NCBI GenBank assembly: GCA_038046765.1
Contig: JBBSVN010000005.1
Span: 64,001-128,000 of the forward strand
DNA length: 64,000 nt
DNA from: Candidatus Micrarchaeota archaeon
GTDB taxonomy: Archaea; Micrarchaeota; Micrarchaeia; Anstonellales; Bilamarchaeaceae
Reading direction: 5' to 3'
A program made the position numbers and the translations under genes. Below, piece by piece: positions 61,008 through 64,000 of this stretch; position 1 is the first letter of the stretch; each line of letters begins with the position of its first letter. Below the pieces are notes generated by a model, which saw only the letters and a program-made list of their open reading frames with translations, did not search any database and was not told the DNA's origin.

Positions 61008-61150
61008 CGACTGGCAATGCCGTTAGAATTATTTTAATGCACTTCAAAAACGACGATTCGTTTTTGAGGATTTGAGAAAGACGATTCATTCTCAAAGTTG
61101 CCCTACAGGTATGTAATTAGAAAAATCACTTTTTTCTAAGTATGCTTGTA
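61008..61150 (+). repeat. tRNA-upstream double-hairpin element, copy 3 (before tRNA-Leu), carrying a 56-nt nested insertion
   Basis: CGACT-GGCAATGC..GCA[61042-61097]TTGCC-CTACAGGTATGTAATTAGAAAA..TTTTCTAAG; the 3' part is about 62/74 identical to the Gly copy up to the tRNA start. Confidence 0.85.
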
Positions 61151-61170
61151 TGTAATAAGTATATACAAAT

Positions 61171-61327
61171 GCAGGGATGACAGAGCCCGGTCAAATGTGC
61201 GGGACTTAAGTGAACAAAATTGTTCAAAGAAATCCCGTGACTTAGTGTCTGCGCAAGTTCAAAGAGCCCTTTTCGGGTTGCCTAAAAGGCAACACCTCAA
61301 AATGGCCTGAAAATCCTGCTCCCTGCA
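61171..61327 (+). tRNA. tRNA-Leu(TAA) with two introns: 37/38 (61211-61231) and T-loop 59/60 (61264-61313)
   Basis: Acceptor GCAGGGA/TCCCTGC+A, anticodon stem CGGGA/TCCCG, long variable arm, T stem GCAAG/CCTGC (one mismatch); TTCA/TGAA helix. Confidence 0.92.
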
Positions 61328-61392
61328 AATTTCTTTTTATAAAATTAGCTAACTATAATTTATAAAAATAAGAATAAAATAAAAAGTAAAAA

Positions 61393-62124
61393 CTATCCAT
61401 ACATACTTCCAGGAGTGCTTTCATCTGCTCGTCTTATTTTTGATTTTATTACTGAGTCTTTAATTGCCTTTGAAATTTCTTTTGCTTCTTTATCTAGCAT
61501 GTTTGTGCTTATACTGACGTTTAACATTTGACTTAATACTCGTAAAACATTTGACGATGCCTTCGGATCTAAACCATCTTCAGCTGCTTCTCCAAGTAAA
61601 GAAACAACGGGGAAATTTTCTATTGCCCCCTTAGCTAAAAGTATTCCAATAACTCCCGTTGTAGCACCTTCTTTTATTGGTTTAACGAGTTTTTTAGCTA
61701 ACAAGTTCTTGCTAATTTTTTTATCACTAGCTACTACATAAACTGCATTTTCGTCGTCTTTAAGTGAAATTCCTCCAAGTGAAACTACGTAACTAGCGTC
61801 AATTGTGTGTGCAAATTCGAATACTTTATCTGCTAAATCTGAAATCGTTGAAGTTGGTATTGACATTTCTGAAAGCAATAAAACAACATTATACTTTGGT
61901 GAATAATGTATTCTTACTGGAGGTAAGGGGATATAATCATGAATCGCAGCTAGTGGAGCGAAAGTTGGGCTTGTAACATAACCTACAAATTCCATGCTTA
62001 AGGCATCAACCATTTGAGAACCGGCTACGCTTCCAACTAAACCTACACCTGGAAAACCTAAAACTAATACTGGATTTTTTCCTTTTATTTCAGAGATTTT
62101 ATGAATTTCAATGTTAGCTACCAT
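61393..62124 (-). CDS. PAC2-family proteasome assembly chaperone
   Basis: GFPGVGLVGS, PPVRIH, VSLGG, DPKAS, C-terminal MYG. Confidence 0.92.
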   Translation of the reverse strand: MVANIEIHKISEIKGKNPVLVLGFPGVGLVGSVAGSQMVDALSMEFVGYVTSPTFAPLAAIHDYIPLPPVRIHYSPKYNVVLLLSEMSIPTSTISDLADKVFEFAHTIDASYVVSLGGISLKDDENAVYVVASDKKISKNLLAKKLVKPIKEGATTGVIGILLAKGAIENFPVVSLLGEAAEDGLDPKASSNVLRVLSQMLNVSISTNMLDKEAKEISKAIKDSVIKSKIRRADESTPGSMYG

Positions 62125-62177
62125 ATAGCTTGTTATTAAGATGAGGTTTATAAATTATTCCTTAGCAATTAATCATT

Positions 62178-62345
62178 ATGGCACAAGATCGAGTAAGTAT
62201 GCCCATGTCATCAGCAGGTATCATGGGTTTTTCATCAGATACTAAACTAGAAGGAATACAATTAGATCCAAAGATGTTCGTGATCGCAGCATTTGTATTT
62301 GTTATCATTGTTAAACTCGCGGATGTTCTTACAAAAACAAGATAA
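62178..62345 (+). CDS. secG: Preprotein translocase subunit Sec61-beta/SecG (55 aa; absent from the ORF track)
   Basis: MAQDRVSMPMSSAGIMGF...IQLDPKMFV followed by a TM helix. Confidence 0.88.
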   Translation: MAQDRVSMPMSSAGIMGFSSDTKLEGIQLDPKMFVIAAFVFVIIVKLADVLTKTR

Positions 62346-62347
62346 AC

Positions 62348-63502
62348 TTACATTAGTTCTTTAGCTGCCTTTGATACTAGTTCGCGGTTTTCTTCTTTAG
62401 CTAATACAAGTATTTTATTTCTCTTTTCTGCATTTTCTTTTAGTGCCTTTACTAATACTGAAAGTTCATCTATTGCAGCTAGTCCGTTATCTGTATTTAC
62501 CTTCATGTCTACTGCTTTTAGTGAATGTGAAAGCGGTCCCGATCTAACCTTGAAGTTTACTGGTTTAAATAATTCGTGAGGGTAGTCTAGGATTACGTCA
62601 ACACCGCAATTTTGTTTTAATTTTTCCTCCAACATATCGATATCCTTTTTATTATACTTTTTTGCATCAAGAGAATATACCTCTTTGTATAATTTCCGAT
62701 TCCAAAGCATGTTCGTGTAACTATTCGCCTTTTTTAGTTTTTTCATTTCCAGTAATGCTTCCTCATCTCCCCAGTTCAAGAATTTTTCAGGCAAACCTGC
62801 TTCTTCTTCTATTGCTAAAGTTAATGCCTGTTTTAAAATCGCAGCTGCAATTCTAACTGTCTTATGAAGATAAACCGTAGAAAACATCATGAATCTGGCA
62901 ATAAGTAATGACTCAGCAGCTACTAATCCATTCTCTTCTATGCAAAGTTCTCCATCTACTAGCCTTAATGTGTGTATTATTCTGTCCACGTCAATTATTC
63001 CGTATGCTACTCCTGTGTTTTGCGCGTCTCTTTGCAAATAATCCATCCTGTCCGCTCCAAGGTCGCTAGTTACTATCTTTCCTAGTTGTTCGTTTTCTAC
63101 ACCAAGTATTTCCTGTGGTTTGTAATTTTCGTTTATTGCATCTGCGATCTCGCCACTAAGTATCTTCTTTCTTCCAACCTCTTCGTGGTCGCCTAAATAT
63201 TTTTTAAGTACGCGCTCGCCTTCATGAGAAAAAGCAACATGCCCAACATCATGCAATAGTGCATATAACCTTATTTTTTCTTTATCTTCTTTTGATACGC
63301 CTAATTTATCGCAAATTGTCGATGCTAAATAAACAGTTCCGATACAATGCTCGAATCTAGAGTGAGTTGCTCCCGGATAAACTAAATAAGTAAAAGCCAT
63401 CTGTTTTATTCTTCTTAATCTTTGAAAATCAGCGCAGTCAATTATCGATTTTTCTAAATCTGTGTACTCTACTGTTCGGTATACTTCATCTTTGATGATC
63501 AT
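62348..63502 (-). CDS. HD-domain phosphohydrolase (SAMHD1/dNTPase-like)
   Basis: FQRLRRIKQ, YPGATHSRFEH, LLHDVGHVAFSH, ADRMDYL, VYLH; start ATG 63502 after GGTGA. Confidence 0.92.
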   Translation of the reverse strand: MIIKDEVYRTVEYTDLEKSIIDCADFQRLRRIKQMAFTYLVYPGATHSRFEHCIGTVYLASTICDKLGVSKEDKEKIRLYALLHDVGHVAFSHEGERVLKKYLGDHEEVGRKKILSGEIADAINENYKPQEILGVENEQLGKIVTSDLGADRMDYLQRDAQNTGVAYGIIDVDRIIHTLRLVDGELCIEENGLVAAESLLIARFMMFSTVYLHKTVRIAAAILKQALTLAIEEEAGLPEKFLNWGDEEALLEMKKLKKANSYTNMLWNRKLYKEVYSLDAKKYNKKDIDMLEEKLKQNCGVDVILDYPHELFKPVNFKVRSGPLSHSLKAVDMKVNTDNGLAAIDELSVLVKALKENAEKRNKILVLAKEENRELVSKAAKELM

Positions 63503-63512
63503 AAGTTTCACC

Positions 63513-63592
63513 AGCAATGAGCCATGAGCAATGCGTTAGTGAGCTACGAGTTTTGTTTGCTCACTGCTCAAGGCACAATGCTCAAAGCTAAT
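63513..63592. repeat. Degenerate 7-mer tandem repeats arranged as an inverted pair
   Basis: AGCAATG AGCCATG AGCAATG ... TGCTCAC TGCTCAA GGCACAA TGCTCAA AGCTAAT. Confidence 0.65.
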
Positions 63593-64000
63593 TTATACAT
63601 TAACATATACTCCTTTTTTCTTTTCCATCGCCTCTCCTTTTTCACACATTACTATCAGCATTGCCTTTGCTAAATCAAGAGATATATTAAGTGTTTTTGA
63701 AATTGCATCTGTACTTGTTGGTTGTTCTATTATTGATTTAATTAGTGGCATATATCTTATGTAAACAAACTTATTTACTACATAAAATTTCCCATCAAAA
63801 CCTTTTATTCCGATTAAGTCTCCTGCCTTAAATTGCTTTCTGTAAATGTCTGAAAATTGTATCGCATCGCGTTCGCCTTCAATTATTTTGACATCTACTG
63901 TATGTGGTGGCGTAGTTTTTTCATTCTGTTCAACTGATTTTGAAGTTGATTTTTGTTCTTCTTGTTTTGTTGTTTGTTTTTGGATAAATTTATCCTCTAA
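63593..64000 (-). CDS. Hypothetical protein, C-terminal part with wHTH-like end; start lies outside the window
   Basis: Open minus-strand frame ...GIKGFDGKFYVV...ISKTLNISLDLAKAMLIVMCEKGEAMEKKKGVYVNV*. Confidence 0.7.
   Translation of the reverse strand, partial: LEDKFIQKQTTKQEEQKSTSKSVEQNEKTTPPHTVDVKIIEGERDAIQFSDIYRKQFKAGDLIGIKGFDGKFYVVNKFVYIRYMPLIKSIIEQPTSTDAISKTLNISLDLAKAMLIVMCEKGEAMEKKKGVYVNV

Noticed and set aside
1..64000. CRISPR array, rRNA, integrase, transposase or reverse transcriptase
   Set aside because: No regularly spaced repeat-spacer run, no long GC-rich rRNA-like block, and no such protein motifs were seen. Any mobilising enzyme for the hairpin elements must lie outside the window or be unrecognised.

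Overview
AT-rich archaeal chromosome segment. The archaeal-type CCA-adding enzyme, rps7/rps12, L34e/L14e, Cbf5, Sec61-beta, PAC2 and AlaRS, together with gyrase and compact divergent genes, suggest a DPANN archaeon, probably Micrarchaeota (inference). About 60 CDSs mix housekeeping genes with lineage-specific hypotheticals. The main signal is non-coding. All eight tRNA genes (Gly-TCC, Ser-CGA, Arg-CCT, Cys-GCA, Lys-CTT, Gln-CTG, Ala-CGC, Leu-TAA) are interrupted, by 11 bulge-helix-bulge (BHB)-type introns, 7 of them at non-canonical sites. One 78-nt intron occurs almost identically in two tRNAs at two different positions and differs only in its exon-pairing 3' end. A conserved double-hairpin element lies just upstream of 3-4 tRNA genes, and related hairpin modules recur in introns, leaders, trailers and gene 3' ends. 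HARP (protein-only RNase P) and an Rnl3 RNA ligase sit next to the intron-rich tRNA pair, and a second RNA ligase lies elsewhere. Together this suggests an active system of small hairpin elements colonising tRNA loci. Also notable: a LAGLIDADG intein in GyrA at a site different from the mycobacterial one, a sigma70-region-4 protein in an archaeon, and an AAA ATPase bracketed by 53-bp direct repeats. All calls were made by eye without database searches. Splice sites were inferred from BHB geometry.
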